Positions 26,979 through 40,626 of a DNA stretch of 64,000 nucleotides are shown in pieces. The DNA comes from Podarcis erhardii. Its lineage: Eukaryota. The translations under genes and the position numbers were made by a program. Below the pieces are notes generated by a model that saw nothing but the letters and a program-made list of their open reading frames with translations, made no database searches and had not been told where the DNA came from. Location of the stretch: NCBI GenBank assembly GCA_964252035.1, contig OZ176210.1, one strand, 5' to 3'. Every line of letters begins with the position of its first letter. Positions within the stretch are counted from its first letter, which is position 1.

Positions 26979-27550
26979 CAGTGCCAAGTTTGCCCTTGTT
27001 TTTAACATTGATTTTTAACATTGCATTCTGACACTTTTGCCAAAGGTGCACATTTCCCACAATTTCAGATGTCCGCTTATGTCCTTAGTTGGCACTTAAG
27101 TTCCATATTCCAAGTGATCAGCTTTCTGATATATAAGCACAGTGGCTTAGTTCGAATATGATGCTAACCCAAATTATGGTCTAGCACAAGAATGCAAGCA
27201 TGTAGAGAGATCACTGCCACTTTGCCACTTTGTTCCCCTCTGACAGTTTTGCTGCCACGCTGAACTAAGCCATGGTTTGGTTTGGGGTGAAAAGGAGTCC
27301 TTCTGTGGAATGTATTTGTTCATACCTCCTAGGAACCTTCCACTAACCAGCTCCACCCATTATCTCTGAGTTTCTGGCTTGCAGATGGGCCTGAGCTTAT
27401 ACAGGACACCTTGTGCTTTACGAGGGCATGGGTGCAGCTGTGGGCAGCTCAGCTGCTTCCAGGGAAAGGAAGCCTCCTGCTGCCATCGCCCCTCTTCTGA
27501 CCTGGCTAGGGCTAGAGCTTTGTTTCCCCCCCTGCAGCCATCTAGCCTGG

Positions 27551-27693
27551 CTTAATAGACTATACTACAGTGTAAACATAACTTTTATATGCACTGGGAA
27601 ACTTTTAAAAAATGGTGTGACTCACTTTATTGCGATACTTGTTTTATTGCGGTCGTCTGGAACCAAACCCGGCATATCTCCGAGGTATGCCTG
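27551..27693 (+). mobile_element. Tigger1-like (pogo/TcMar) right end
   Basis: Ends ...ggaaccaaacccggcatatctccgaggtatgcctg|TA; includes gtaaacataacttttatatgcactgggaaac, matching the Tigger1 terminus as recalled. Confidence 0.75.
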
Positions 27694-30600
27694 TACATTT
27701 TTCTTTTCGGAAATTAGCCATTGGCTATATAGGTGTAATTCATGCTGGTGAACAACCAAGATGTTAGAACTAATGGCCATGAAGATTAATGGGAAAGGAA
27801 AATTAGATCTGGTCTTGAGAATTTTCCTTCTGTGAAGTTTTATTTGTTTAACTGTGCTATATTCTTTGGCTTTCTTACTCTTCCAAATAGGGTCATATAC
27901 TGGAAGATTAGTAATAACTGCTTCCATGCAAGCTAATTCTGTGGTGGTTCCGCATTGTGGAAAAAAGTGTGTTCTGGTTATTCTTGGAAGCTACATATCT
28001 CATGACATTTTAACTGGCAGGGACTAATTTAATTTGTTTGGGTGTAGTATTTTTTAAAAAATGGTGCACTCTGATTCCATAACGTTAATCACTCTGCCTA
28101 ATAAATGGTGAGTGCCAACAGGATTGAAGCTCAGTTGAGACCACAGACAAACAAGAGGGCAAAACCATTGAGGACTGAGTACGTTCGGTAACCACAGAAT
28201 ATTAGAATGGCAGCAAGGAAGTTCAGAAATGGTTCTGTGACCAGCCAGGGGAGAATAGTGGAATGCCTTCCTTGGTGTGAACATCTGGTTAAAACCCGAA
28301 ACAAGAGCATTCCTTTTAGTAAGAAGGATACACTGCGACATCTTGTTGTACGTCCCACTTGTTTCCTGCCTGTTTTTCTGCAAAAATATTTATGTTGACA
28401 TAAGATGTTTTGTTACTATACTCCTGAGAAAGAAAAAGAAAGGGGGGAATAACTTCTTAAAATGTTAGTGTTGGTTTGACTCGGGGTCAAAATGGATAGC
28501 AAGAAGAGCAGGTTTTTTTTAAAAAAAATGCTCATATATGAATATGTACAAGGATGGATTATCAGTAGCACAATTGCTGATGTTTTCAAGGGGCCCCAGG
28601 CTCTGACCTTACTTTTTTTAAAAAAGGAGGTTAGGCAGCCCTCTCAGAAAGAAACTTAGGAGGCAGGCAGGTTCAGTCAGCCTCACTCCTTCCACCATTC
28701 TGCCTTTTTAACCAAGGAGTTTCTAATTAATCACATTAGTTTGTAATTCCTTTGTTTGGGATATGACACTTTCAGCGACTTCCACATTCTATATACAAGC
28801 AAGCACTATAGCCACTGAGGGAGGAAAGAAGTCATTCCTCTGTGTTTGTTCAACCACCTGCTGCCCCCAGAACCGGAAAAGTGCAATTGCAAATGGATTC
28901 AGAATAACTGAAGAAGGGGACAGAACTTTTACATGTATGCTCGTAACTTCTGGTCCCAGTTCAAAATAAGTGAAGGGAGTTCACTCATCTCTACCCAAAA
29001 TGGCCTTGCTTACCATCAGTGGTATCTGCAAGACCTGGCAAGATGCTTTATGTGCATTTTTGAGGTGGTATATATTTGTTTAAATGTATCAATATGTGTA
29101 GAGGTAAATTACAACACTATTTCAGTTTCTATATTTTGCAGTGGCAATTTCCATTCACTACTCAGCATTGTGGAAGTTACTCAAGAAGATATCTAATTCA
29201 TATATTAATACTTCATTGGAATAATCAACAATTCTTTCTTTCTTTTTGAACAAATCAGTATAGTGTATATGCTTACACATTTCTTTGGGGTACATCATTC
29301 CCACTATTCTTCGGAAACATTCTTCTGAATATATATATTTGGGTATATGATTTAGAAGATGAGCTATCTAGCCCTCTTGTATGACTGGAGCACTTTTGTG
29401 AATAAGTAGGTTACATTTCTTAATCTTTTCAAGGGTTTTTCTTTTTAAGAGACTTTCCTTTTCAGTGTCGCACCCTCCCCCACAAGTACATTTCTTCTGC
29501 TTTTGCCCTGTGGAAAGAAATTAGAACTGTGATTTGGTATGCTAAATTACCTGTACTAAAAACTGTAATTTGCAATATTAAGTCATCACTGTCATAGTTT
29601 TAGAGTTCTTTCCTCTTAAATCAGCCAGCCCTAATTACTTTTTTATTATTAAAGATGTTCATAGTGGCAATGAAGCTAGCTGAAAGTGTTAGTAACAGTA
29701 AAGTGTATTGCCCACTTAAACCTATTCCAAACAAATTGTATCCTTTTTTGCATTATAAGTCCATAATTTCAGTTTAAGCATTCCCCCCCCCTTTTATCCT
29801 TTACCTTTCTAATGGTATCCTAGCATTATAATCTGATATCATGACATTGCATCAAGTTGGAGGGGTTAGTTAGACATTGGTATGTGTATTCAGCTCAGGA
29901 TAATGCTATATAATGTACATGAATATGCAAAGCTTTTAATTCTACTTGGTGCTTTCCAGCAATCCCCTCTATTGGCTGCATCACCCTTAAAACTGTTTTT
30001 GAGGGTAGGGGGGTCCTCTGAAATGAGATATTGCATCGGGAGCTGCAGTCAGTACGGGAGATTGCTGAAAAATTGGTGCCTTGCCATTTGTGTGTGGAAG
30101 CTCTTTCTGCTAGCCCAAAACCACCCTTGGATACTACTAGAGCTGGACAAATATTTCAGTTTTAGTTTCTCCTAGCTTCTCACTTTTCAAGTTCAGTTCA
30201 CCTTTCCAAAGCAGTCTGCAATAAAGAGGGGTTCTCATGAAAAATCAGCTACTTTAGTGCCTATTTCTCCTAACACACCTCTTTGTATGAAATTTGCCTA
30301 ATGTAATGCATTTCTGTATGTTATTTTCACTATTATATGCATGCTTTTACCCTAGTATATGCATTTTCGTTGCACATTACCTGGCTCTGGAACTGCATTC
30401 AATAACTCAGAAAGGGGCGAATTTTGAAGTATGTCTATGTTTCAGTTTGCGTATCGTTTTGCAAAATGCAAATTAGGCAAGTTCGCTTTACATGGGGGAT
30501 TTCTACCCCTTCTGCAGATACAACCTGTTAGGAATGGGCCTGAGTGAGGAAGTTCCCAATGGTTCTTACCATGTTTCTTGTTCCTGGTTAGAACAACTCA

Positions 30601-32523
30601 AGGAGCAGTCGAAGGTCCCACGTAGCCTCTGCCTCTGCTACACTAGCTATAACAATCAGGACTCCTCCCTTAAGACAGAAGCAGTTATTCTGTGTGCCTA
30701 AACAAATGGTAGCTTTATCCATGATAACATTGCATTCTGTATTTTTGGTGCTGCTTTTCTAATTCTTATTCTCCATTTAATAGACTGCCTGTTTGTAAGA
30801 TTTGTTTAATGCTTCTAAACATGTTCTGGCCTTTTTCCCTCCTCCCCCTTCTTCTTTAGGCTCCTTTTGTATTTAGCTCATTCCTTCTCATGCTTGTGAT
30901 CTGTGTCCTTATTCCAGGCAGGGCAAACCCCTGTATTTTCTAGTCTACTGAGATCCCGTTCCTGCCAAAGGAAAGGAAGAAAGAGAGGACTATTTTCCTT
31001 GTATCTCCCTTTTCTTCTATGAAAAATCTTGCAACAAAGAATACGGCTCCTTTTCCCTGTAGTGTGAAGAGATTTCAGACAAAACACTTAACCTGCATCC
31101 AATCAGGATTTGCTGCCTCTGGTTGCCAAGGGAACTTCTTTATATTCACATCATTTTAGCATAACTCAATGACTACAGTTATTTGCGGTGACTTGGTGGG
31201 AAAGCACTGTGCGTTGGTGACTTTTCCAGTGTTTTCTCTAGTGTTTTGGGTAAGCCTTGCTGGAGAATATCCATTATTTCTCCGTAACACATAGCTAACA
31301 GAAAATGGCCATTGTAAGGAAACGATATAATACACACACAAGTGAAACATGCACAGGAATATTACCCATTGTCCAGAATATATAGCGAAAGTTGTTATTC
31401 ATTGCATATTTGGTGAAGGATCAGTTTTCTAAAACCTAGTTCACCTTGAAGCTTTTTGCAGCAGCGACGAAAGGATTCCTGAATCTATCCCATCTGTGGT
31501 GGGGAAGACCAAAAAGGAATGTTGCCTGTGTAATGTCAGAGATCAGTATCTGCCTCTGTTCTGAGTCATAATGAAAGTCAGTAGTGCTCTGTATAATACA
31601 TATAGATAATGCATGAATATATCCAGTGGAAATCTGGTAGCCTTCCATATTAACTTCAGTATAATATGTTGTGGTTGTGTATGGAGTATTCCTTCTGAAT
31701 CTCACCTGGTACATTTCGGAGAATAAGCATGTAGACTGCAGAATATATTTATATTTATTTTTCAGGTGTGGCTTTGTTAATAACTGTTATACTTCATTCA
31801 AAGTTGGCTAATGGGCAGAGAGAAAACTCTCTCCTGTCCAGTCTACAGTGCCATTGATCCTCATCCAAACAGCCCAAAAATCATATTAAGACCTCCAGCT
31901 GCCCTTGGTGCCTTTGTCAGCAGCTAGAAAAGACATTTATTAGGTATATGGCAAGCTAGTGCCATTAATTTTCTTTGTGTAGCTAGTTAAGAGCCCATTA
32001 AATTTCACAGGTAAAGGGAATACAGAACATGCCCTGAATTCATCTCTTTGTGGGAATGAATAGGCTGTGTATATAAATGGAAAAACGTGTTGCGTAAAAT
32101 TATATGGGTCTCTGCTCATGAACAGATTTCAGATCATATTCTATTTAGGCTAAAAATGTGCATCTTACATCCCAAGGGCTTGTTCACACATTCCTGTTAA
32201 CTGTTTGATAACTGCAGCAATGACTTGTATGCATGTATGAACCAGCAAAGAGTTAGATACAATTTTAACATTACTAGAAATGTTGAGGTTGAAGCATTTA
32301 GCTGCTAGTCATTCCATGTAATCAAGTTACCAAGCTGATGCTGCAACACAATAACATGGTTGCCCCAATGAAAACTGTTCAAGTAATGTGCCTGCATCTG
32401 TGAATCAGCCCTAAATGTCTGGAATCTGACAAAATGTCTGTAGCCATCTAATCTTCAGCAAACCTGCAAGCATCTTAGGGGTGTGTGTTAATAAAGTTGA
32501 AGCAAGCTACTAGGCTTGAGAAG

Positions 32524-32528
<5 letters not shown>

Positions 32529-32590
<62 letters not shown>

Positions 32591-32593
32591 ACA
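32529..32593. repeat. Compound (TC)19(AC)13 microsatellite
   Basis: Direct reading. Confidence 0.97.
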
Positions 32594-33409
32594 TTCTTTT
32601 GAGGGATGGGGGAGAGAAAGTGCAGGAGGCTGAATATGTTCTGTCTTCCACTCCTGTTCCAAGGATCATAAAAATTTCACAACCCTCCCCCGCCCCGTTT
32701 ACTTAGCATTGCTGTGCCCTAGATCTGACAATATATACCTCCAGTAGCTATAATGAAATCCATGGAAAGGAGGCACAAAGAATCGGGGGGGGAGGGGGGA
32801 GGAAGACATCAAATGATGGCAGCTTTTATTCCCTGCTGTTGAACTGAAAATGGGTAGATAGTTTGCAACCAAGGCTGGGGGGAAAAGCATTTAAACTTTA
32901 TTTACAAGACAATAAATAATACAAAACCTACCTGACAAATACTGGAGATGAGTGCTGTCATTGAATTCTTATATTGTAGCTGGTGATATTTTCTTTGAGA
33001 CTCATTGAAATGAGCCATAAGTACTATTTTGGGGAGGAAAATGTTTTTACAGAGGCCCAAACAGTGCCATTGTTGCGGAAACATTGTGTGTTAGATGTGC
33101 AGTCAAATTGCTTGCCTTTATCGCATTTACGTGATGTATTAACTCCTCCGTTTATACACGGGGATATCAAATTTGTAGATTCAGACATTGTAGAGCTGCA
33201 CATCTTTGTCCTGGCCTTGCCTGATCCACCTTGCAAGGATTGCTGCCCCAGATAGTTTACTCTGAGATCTAAATAGGGACGCGTTTAAAACACACGAGAA
33301 GAGCTTAGTTTGGAACAAGGATTTCACCACAAATCTTATCCTCCATGCCAGCATTAGCAAGATGTGATTTGTGGGGGTCCTAGCCTGAGCACGTTCATGC
33401 CCCTTGCTA

Positions 33410-33660
33410 GGAGATTCCTGCTTTGTAGGGGGTTGGACCATATCTTTCAACTTTCAGATTTGAAAATAAGGGATCAGCAGCCTCACCTGTCCTAGGGACA
33501 GTCTACAGCCTATCTAAGAATCCGGGATAGCAGCAGGAAGCAGCGGGAAATGGCGCTGGAATAAGGGAATTTCCCGCAAAAAAAGGGAAGGTTGACAGCT
33601 ACGGGTTGGACTAGATGGCCCTTGGGTCCCTTCCAGCTCTAAGATTCTGTGATTCTATGA
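33410..33660 (+). mobile_element. CR1-type 3' tail interrupted by a hAT MITE
   Basis: gagattcctg..gggggttggac [insert] ggttggactagatgg...ttctgtgattctatga is the CR1/SINE tail also seen at 41.9, 44.5, 52.9 and 53.6 kb. Confidence 0.75.
33439..33603. mobile_element. hAT MITE nested in the CR1 tail
   Basis: Exact 8-bp TSD ggttggac (33431-38 and 33604-11); imperfect TIRs catatctttcaac/gttgacagctacg (10/13). Confidence 0.85.
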
Positions 33661-33818
33661 AATGCCAGTCTATGGTGCTACAAGAACTTTTAAAAATATT
33701 TGCATGACAATGCTGCTAGATTTTTCTTAAACTCAGATAGAGCTGACAGAAGTGCCATATCACATTAAGGAAAGTAAACTGTATTCCATTTCCAAAGACT
33801 TAATTTTCAGATATATTA

Positions 33819-34194
33819 CAGTGGTGCCTCGCAAGACGAAATTAATTCGTTCCGCGAGTTTTTTCGTCTTGCGATTTTTTTGTCTTGTGAAGCACGGACT
33901 TTGGAAAAGCTTCAAAAATCGCCAAAGTCTTCAAAAACCTCAAAAAAGGCTACCACACCGCGTGCTATGAGTTGCTCCTCGAAGTGAATGCATGGTTTTA
34001 AGAAAAAGGAAACAAACTTGCAAGACAAAGGAAACAAACTTGCAAGACAAAGGAAACAAACTTGCAAGACATTTTCGTCTTGCGAAGCAAGCCCATAGGG
34101 AAATCCGTCTTGCGAAGCAACTCAAAAAACGAAAAACTCTTTCGTTTTGCGAGTTTTTCGTCTTACAAGGCATTCGTCTTGCGAGGTACCACTG
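33819..34194. mobile_element. Tc1/mariner-type MITE, same TIR family as 2744-3065, with 3 x 22-bp internal tandem repeat
   Basis: TIRs cagtggtgcctcgcaagacgaa / ttcgtcttgcgaggtaccactg, TA flanks; aaaggaaacaaacttgcaagac x3 at 34005-34070. Confidence 0.9.
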
Positions 34195-37100
34195 TACTTC
34201 CTCCAGTATTGAACTCTAGTAGAGCAAACAGGATAGGAGGCAAAAGGGGAACCAGGGAGAAACAGGTGAGATGTATTTACATACTTGGATGAACTCGTAT
34301 GGTAAAGTCTAGAAGAGTTATTTTTTTAAAAAAAAAACCCAACAGGGAGAAAAAGCACACATGCCTAAAACAATTCATTGGGGGGGAGGGGTTAGTTTGG
34401 TCTGTTTGAGACACAGCTTAAAATGTCCTAGAGGGCACACAAGTGACATTTTGGAGCCCGAAACAGGAGCAGTCTGGATGTAGTTGGACAGCAGCTCCTG
34501 TTAATCTGAGACATGGACCACATGGGTTGACAGGGGCTGGAGTCCCAGTGATTTCTGGGACGCCACAGGTTCCTGACCCGTGTGTTAGGATGTGAGGATG
34601 TACTGCAAGATTTTAGGCTACAGCTTACCAGGGAGCAAGCCCATTGAACATAGCTGAATTTACTTCTGAGTAAAGCTATATCAAGTAAAGCTTGTATAAG
34701 GTTGTGTACTTTACTGTGTTATCTCAGATGCAGTTTTTCAGACTCTTTTATCACAGGATTCTTTCAGAATTAGAATAAACAAGTAAGGACTTAATCCTTG
34801 CAGCAAGATTTTGCATCTTCATAAACATGGCATTTAAAATATATCCTGCTCCTTTCTTACAGATTCAGAAGACTGAGATCTCTGGTTGTTTACATTTCTG
34901 GTTGTTTTCTTCAGCGTTCTGTAGTTCCCATGGCTACAAAAGCCATTTCAAGAACTCATAGATTCCAAAGCCATGCTGATAGAATTCTGCAAATTCTGTT
35001 TCCACTTCCCCTCCATAGAAATTCTGCCTCTGGTGTGTTTTCAACATGCCTCTGGGACTAGATCTCCAAATCAAACCCTGAATTACATGTTTCCAAACAG
35101 AAGTAACACTTCATTCAGCCATCATGACTGTAATCGCAGGATAGAAATATGCAAGTGACTACTACAACAGGTCCTCCAGCTCTCAGTGACATATGTCACT
35201 CTCTGGAATGCTCTGTGTCTGAAAAAAAGACCTAGAACTTTGTGAACTATCTGGTGAGGCAGGCCAAATTCTGTCATTAAGGGGGGGGGAAGAGCCTGCA
35301 CTAGATGGTTTTGGTTTCTTTCAGCAGGTAGCTTTTCTGTAATATCACAAACTGCTTTTGAAAACGTTCCTCCATTTCATAAGCAGTTTGCCGTATGGAG
35401 AGTCTACCCCAGCCAATTAGGAGCCCTGCTTGGCCTCCCAGAGGAGAGGGCAAAAGTAAATAATGTGCATCACTTTTTGTTCTTGCCTTTTTAATACATT
35501 AATATGTTTTGAGGGAAAATTGTGACCTGCTGATTTATTTATGAGTAACCGAAACGGCAGAAGATTTTTCAGAATCTTGACAAAACTCCCATCTTGAAAC
35601 TTGTACTGTATTGGATTTAGAATTATTTGGGTAGTATGTGGAATCAACAAGGTCTATATATTTTATTCTGCTATGTAGCATATTATACCACCTTATAAAA
35701 GTTACTGCAGAGTAGTTAAAGGAACAAATTTTTACCTCACACACACTGAATTCCTTTTGATTTTTGTGAATTCCAGACAAGCAACAAGATTAACCTGATA
35801 ACTCTAATACTTAATTCCAATCTGCTCCCCTGTAAAAACAAACAAAAAAACCCCTTGCTTTTGTTAAACTAACCACACACAAGCATACAATGGAAATTAA
35901 ATAGCTGTAAAACTGTTGTTTGCACTTTTACCCAGTATTTAAAAGACAATTATTTCCAGAAAGTTGGCACTTGTAACCATACAGATGATAAAATTGATTC
36001 CAGTTACAGTCCATCTTTGTTTGGAGAGGAAATACCAGTAGTGTTTGAAAAATGGATTATTAAGGACTTTTGGTTCACTGAAGGTGGCTCACACAGCAGC
36101 GTACTAGGAAAAAGTGTAGCATTTCTCCAGCCCGGATTATTTTCTCTGCAAATCTTTGGAACAGGAAATAAAAAACAGCTAATGGTTCATGGGGCATGTG
36201 GAATTAGTTTAAGCAAACCTCAACCTTTCTCCTTCTGGCTGCCTCCTCTTTCCTATGCTGTTTTGTCTATGCTTGCCTCAGAATATGTCAACAAATTTCC
36301 TTTAAGCTCCAAAGAGGAGTGAGCAGTGGGAATGCAGGCAGTATAGTGGTCCTTTCCATTAAGGGGGAAAATTTAGAACAGATGTGCATTCAAGAAGGTA
36401 CAAGTTGGTCTTGTTAAAATATTTGTAAAGAAAAATAGCTTCAGGATCTTCCAAATAAATCTCTATTGAGCTCTAGAGATATGAGAAAGGGGTATGGTTT
36501 TTGTTATTCTGATAGCATTCTTTCCACACAATACTTGATGATGAATCAAGAAACGCTTAGATCTGGGAATCTAAACTGAAGAGGCATAAGTAGGAACAGA
36601 AAACAGTTGTGACTTGAGGCTGGATTATTGTTTACTTAGTAGTTAATGAACAGAATAATTGTTTCATGGTCCTCTTATATCATCAAATTTGCTGGAAAGA
36701 ATGCTGCAGCAGCAAAATGACTAATTAAAATAAAATCCTATATATCCTAGAGGTCTACAGCTTTGGATACAACTACACAACCATGCTTACTATATGTAGG
36801 ATTCCTGAATGAGGTTTTCCCTTAGGAGATAAACACTTAGGAAATATCAGGGTATAGTTTGATGTATGTTATCCAAGTGGCATGGATCATTAAGAACAGG
36901 GTTTTGGGGCTAATATTTTCACAGGGAGCAAGGGAAACAAAGTGACCCTTGCAAAGTGTTTTTTTTTAAATGCATTGTCATTTCTAAACATGAATGGCAT
37001 CCAAATGTATATTGAATCACTACAATTAGTTCAGTAATATTTAGGTACTTAAATGCTAACTGATGATTCATTATTCCAGTTCAGTTTCTAAAGAACAATG

Positions 37101-38238
37101 GTGCAAAAAAAATGAAGCCAATATTATTTTAATAAACTATTATGTATTAGACCATAAGACATATTGAATACTTCTTGCAGTTTGGTCTTGTCATGTCATC
37201 GGTCTCTGAACATTTTAGAAGTTTGCATGTTGTTGTGTGTTTAAAACATGCTGTGCATTTATAAAGCTTTTTATCATCCCAGCTAATGATTTGGCTCCAT
37301 GTTTTGGACATAGAGTTTTGAAGTTGGGGAAGAAGGAGAGAGGAACAGGAGGAGCTCAAGCTTCTCCTCCCAAAAACCTATCCAATCCTGCTCATGACAT
37401 CCATGGGCCTTTAACAAATATTAATATGTTTTAGGCTTCATTGGAATGTCGGTTGATATAGTAAGGCATATCATAGGTCAACGGCGAAAGTCAATTAGTC
37501 TTATTAGTCTTAGTTTGCCAAATCAGTCATTTTGTACCATGAGTCCACATTCTAGTTTATTGGCCAATTATGTTTTGCCCATTTGACATTGTGGATGGCA
37601 AACCATGTTTTGTCTGCACTGAGCCATTGTGCATCAAGTACTGAAGTTAATTTATCTCCAAAATGTGTACTTTTACTTCCCTATGATTAAGAACAACATA
37701 CCACCACTCTTTTCTAATACAGTGGGGAAAGGCACAGAAACATTGCCGAACCCTGGAAAATTGAAGTGCTTGTCCTTAGAATCCAGATGTGTCTGGTTTC
37801 TTACTTCACCAAAGAAGCTTTTATTCTCTTGAAATGTAGATATACTCCTGTCAGCAGCAGAAAATGCATTTCAGAAATGTGAGCTGGTAATATACTGATA
37901 CTTATCTCTTACCAAAGTGCACAGGATATGAAATTGGCATCCTCAACATATAATAATAATAATAAACCAAGTTGCTGAATTATTGGAACATATATCTAAG
38001 AAACTGATACAGTGACAGATGAAGGTAGCCACTATTGCGTACTCGTTTTATATGCCCTCTGTGCACACAGTTCAAAGTACAGGAAAATAACAAATTCCAC
38101 AATGTGTGTGTGATAGATACACACACACAAAATTTTAATGGTGGCTTCCATGTGTTTCTAGGGAAAACTAATAATTCCAGTATGACCAGCAAAACTTGCC
38201 TTTGATTGCTGATTTGGCCTCTTTCTCATAATCCTTAG

Positions 38239-38348
38239 GACAGTGAAAAGAAAGGATTTATGAATAAGCTCTATGCCATCCAGGAAGTGTGTGTCAGTGT
38301 CCAGAACATCCTTGATGAAGTGGCTTCCTTTGGAGAAAGAATAAAGAA
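38239..38348 (+). CDS. MCTP1: MCTP1 coding exon: DSEKKGFMNKLYAIQEVCVSVQNILDEVASFGERIK(N)
   Basis: ccttag| acceptor, 110 nt in phase 0/2, |gtgagt donor. Confidence 0.97.
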
Positions 38349-39591
38349 GTGAGTGTTGACACACTGGTGCTCAGTTGCTCTCAGATGGTGTTCACATGCC
38401 TGTGTTTCCCCAAGGAAGTTGTGAAATGTTACCTGTTTTAATTTAGACAAAAAACATTGTTATGATGTACATTGCAAAATAGCATTATACATGTTTTGCC
38501 GCTGTTTGTAATTTTTATCGGGATTTTACAAAAAATATGTAGCACAGAACAGAAATAGCAGTGCATCTATGAAGGAAGAAATAATTCTGAGTCATAGTTC
38601 ATAGGCTTAACACTTCGTGACAAGAGAGACCATGCAGATGGCCAAGCTGCCCCTGACACTCTTGAGAATAATCATCCTGCCAAATGGCAAGAGCACATTA
38701 GGTGCTGATGTGGGGCAAACAGGTTATTTGTATGGGCTCTTGGGCAACTTCAGCGCAAGAGCCTGAGAAGATGGGGTGGGTAGAATCAAAAGGATTTCAG
38801 AGACTTACACCCATTCCTAAAGAACTCACTTGAAAGCAACACTGACTGATTTCAATGAAAATGGGTGTGTTTAAAAATCAGAGCCTTGTGCAAGGGCAGC
38901 AGGCTGTGTTTTGTCTCTCCTGCCTCTCCCGCAGCACTGCCATCAGCACCTGTTTGAGGCAGGATCTCACCAAGCTCTGAGTGGTGAGAAGTTTTAGGGG
39001 TTCCTGCATGTGCCCTGTGTTGTTTTTATTGGAATGAAAGTAACTGGAGACTTCTGGCATGTATGTGAAATCAGGTTTATTTATACAGAAACAGCATAAG
39101 ATGGAAGGTTCACTGCCATTTGGTTCTTAGGGGACTCCCAGATTCCATAGCACTGGGTTTTTCGTAGAGAGCAAGACTTGCATTTCAGACTCTGTTCCAA
39201 GGCTACAAGTGTACTGTTGTCTTTCAGATGGAGAGGTTGCTTGAGGAGATGACCTCTAGCTGGGGAAGCAGGGGGAAGAAAGACATAGCAAGATCACCTC
39301 TACTTCACCATCTCTTTAGTTATGCAAAGGGACATTTTCTCAACTAAAGGGAATCTCCCAGGCTAAATTTGTCCAATCATTCTGACCTCTTCAGTAGTCT
39401 CTCTTTCTGCAGAATACAACCTTGCAACTATTTTTAAAAACCGAAGGGTCCCAGAGTATTTTATTCCCCTTCCTTATTTCATTTCATTACAATACCATGT
39501 TCAGTTTGGCAGTGTGTCAAATTGCTAAGAAGTTGGTAGGAAGGGATGGGAGGAGACAGCATGCCTTACTTCTGTTAATTTTTTCATTCAG

Positions 39592-39701
39592 CACATTTAA
39601 TTGGACTGTTCCGTTCTTGAGCTGGCTGGCAATCGTTGCCCTCTGTGTGTTCACAGTCATCCTGTATTTCACTCCACTGAGATACATTGTCCTTGTCTGG
39701 G
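39592..39701 (+). CDS. MCTP1: MCTP1 coding exon (second TM hairpin): (N)[36 protein letters not shown](G)
   Basis: ttcag| acceptor, 110 nt in phase 2/1, |gtaagt donor; also visible in ORF 39422..39709. Confidence 0.97.
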
Positions 39702-40207
39702 GTAAGTAAAGCCTTTCCTTCCCCTCCAAACCTGTCTATGCCACATAGAACAAACTGTTTATAAGGGATGAGTTATATTGTCAGTAGTTTTCTGTATTTA
39801 TGATCATGAAGCTACTACATGATGGAAACAGACAGGTTAGTTAGAAATCACAACTGTGTAAAGATTTAGACTCACCTGCAAAACACATTTTTCTTGCCCA
39901 GCATCTTAGACTTAATCATGCTATAAACATGTATCCATGAGGATTCTTCATACATCAAACTGTAGCTTTGTCTAGATATAACTCTGATTTATTTTCACCA
40001 CTTATATAAAAATAGTGGCATTTCAATTTATATAGCACATTTAGGACAATATGCTTTTGTTTAGCCTTTTATCAAATGGAAATATATAGAGGCAGTTCCT
40101 ATGAACTAGCAATGAGAGGTCACCTTTAAATGAACAGAAAAGATACATGTATATTACACAGGCTGCTTCATACATTTTTTAAAGTGTGCATTTGTGTGCA
40201 TTTTAGA

Positions 40208-40340
40208 GCAGGAATAGCCTACATTGTGCCCTCTAGATGTTATTGGACTGCAATTTCTGCCATCCCTGACCATTGACCATGCTTGCTGGCCATGATGGGA
40301 GTCCAAAAGCATCTTAAGGACACCATGTTGGCTAGTCTTG
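40208..40340. mobile_element. Degraded copy of the short palindromic hAT-type MITE family
   Basis: Core ccatccctgaccattgaccatgcttgctgg..gatgggagtcc is shared with 13886-14014. Confidence 0.55.
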
Positions 40341-40626
40341 CTTTAAAGTAACCAGCAGTGTAGAATGGCATGTGATGAGTGAGAGTTAAAAGGTGTTTCG
40401 ATTAAACACTAAACTTGGGAGGCCTTTAGTTAGTAAAAAATGTTCATTTGATTTACTGGTTGGGACCAGAAGGCAAAATCAAAATTCCCTCTGCCCCAAG
40501 GAAGAAAGGAAGAAAAGTGAGAATAATAGGAGCACTTGGCAAGAATGGGTTTGTAGCCAATTGTGTCTTAATATCATTGTAAGAGCCACTGGACAATGTA
40601 TTAATATGATTTATCACTTTATTTAG

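Noticed and set aside
31436-31714. 92-aa minus-strand ORF that looks protein-like, possibly a nested antisense gene
   Set aside because: No family recognised and no partner exons or splice signals found
33129-33180. IHGDIK motif suggesting a kinase catalytic loop
   Set aside because: Lacks the following P-x-N and all other kinase subdomains
34005-34070. Three exact 22-bp direct repeats resembling a CRISPR array
   Set aside because: No spacers, eukaryotic context, and located inside a MITE
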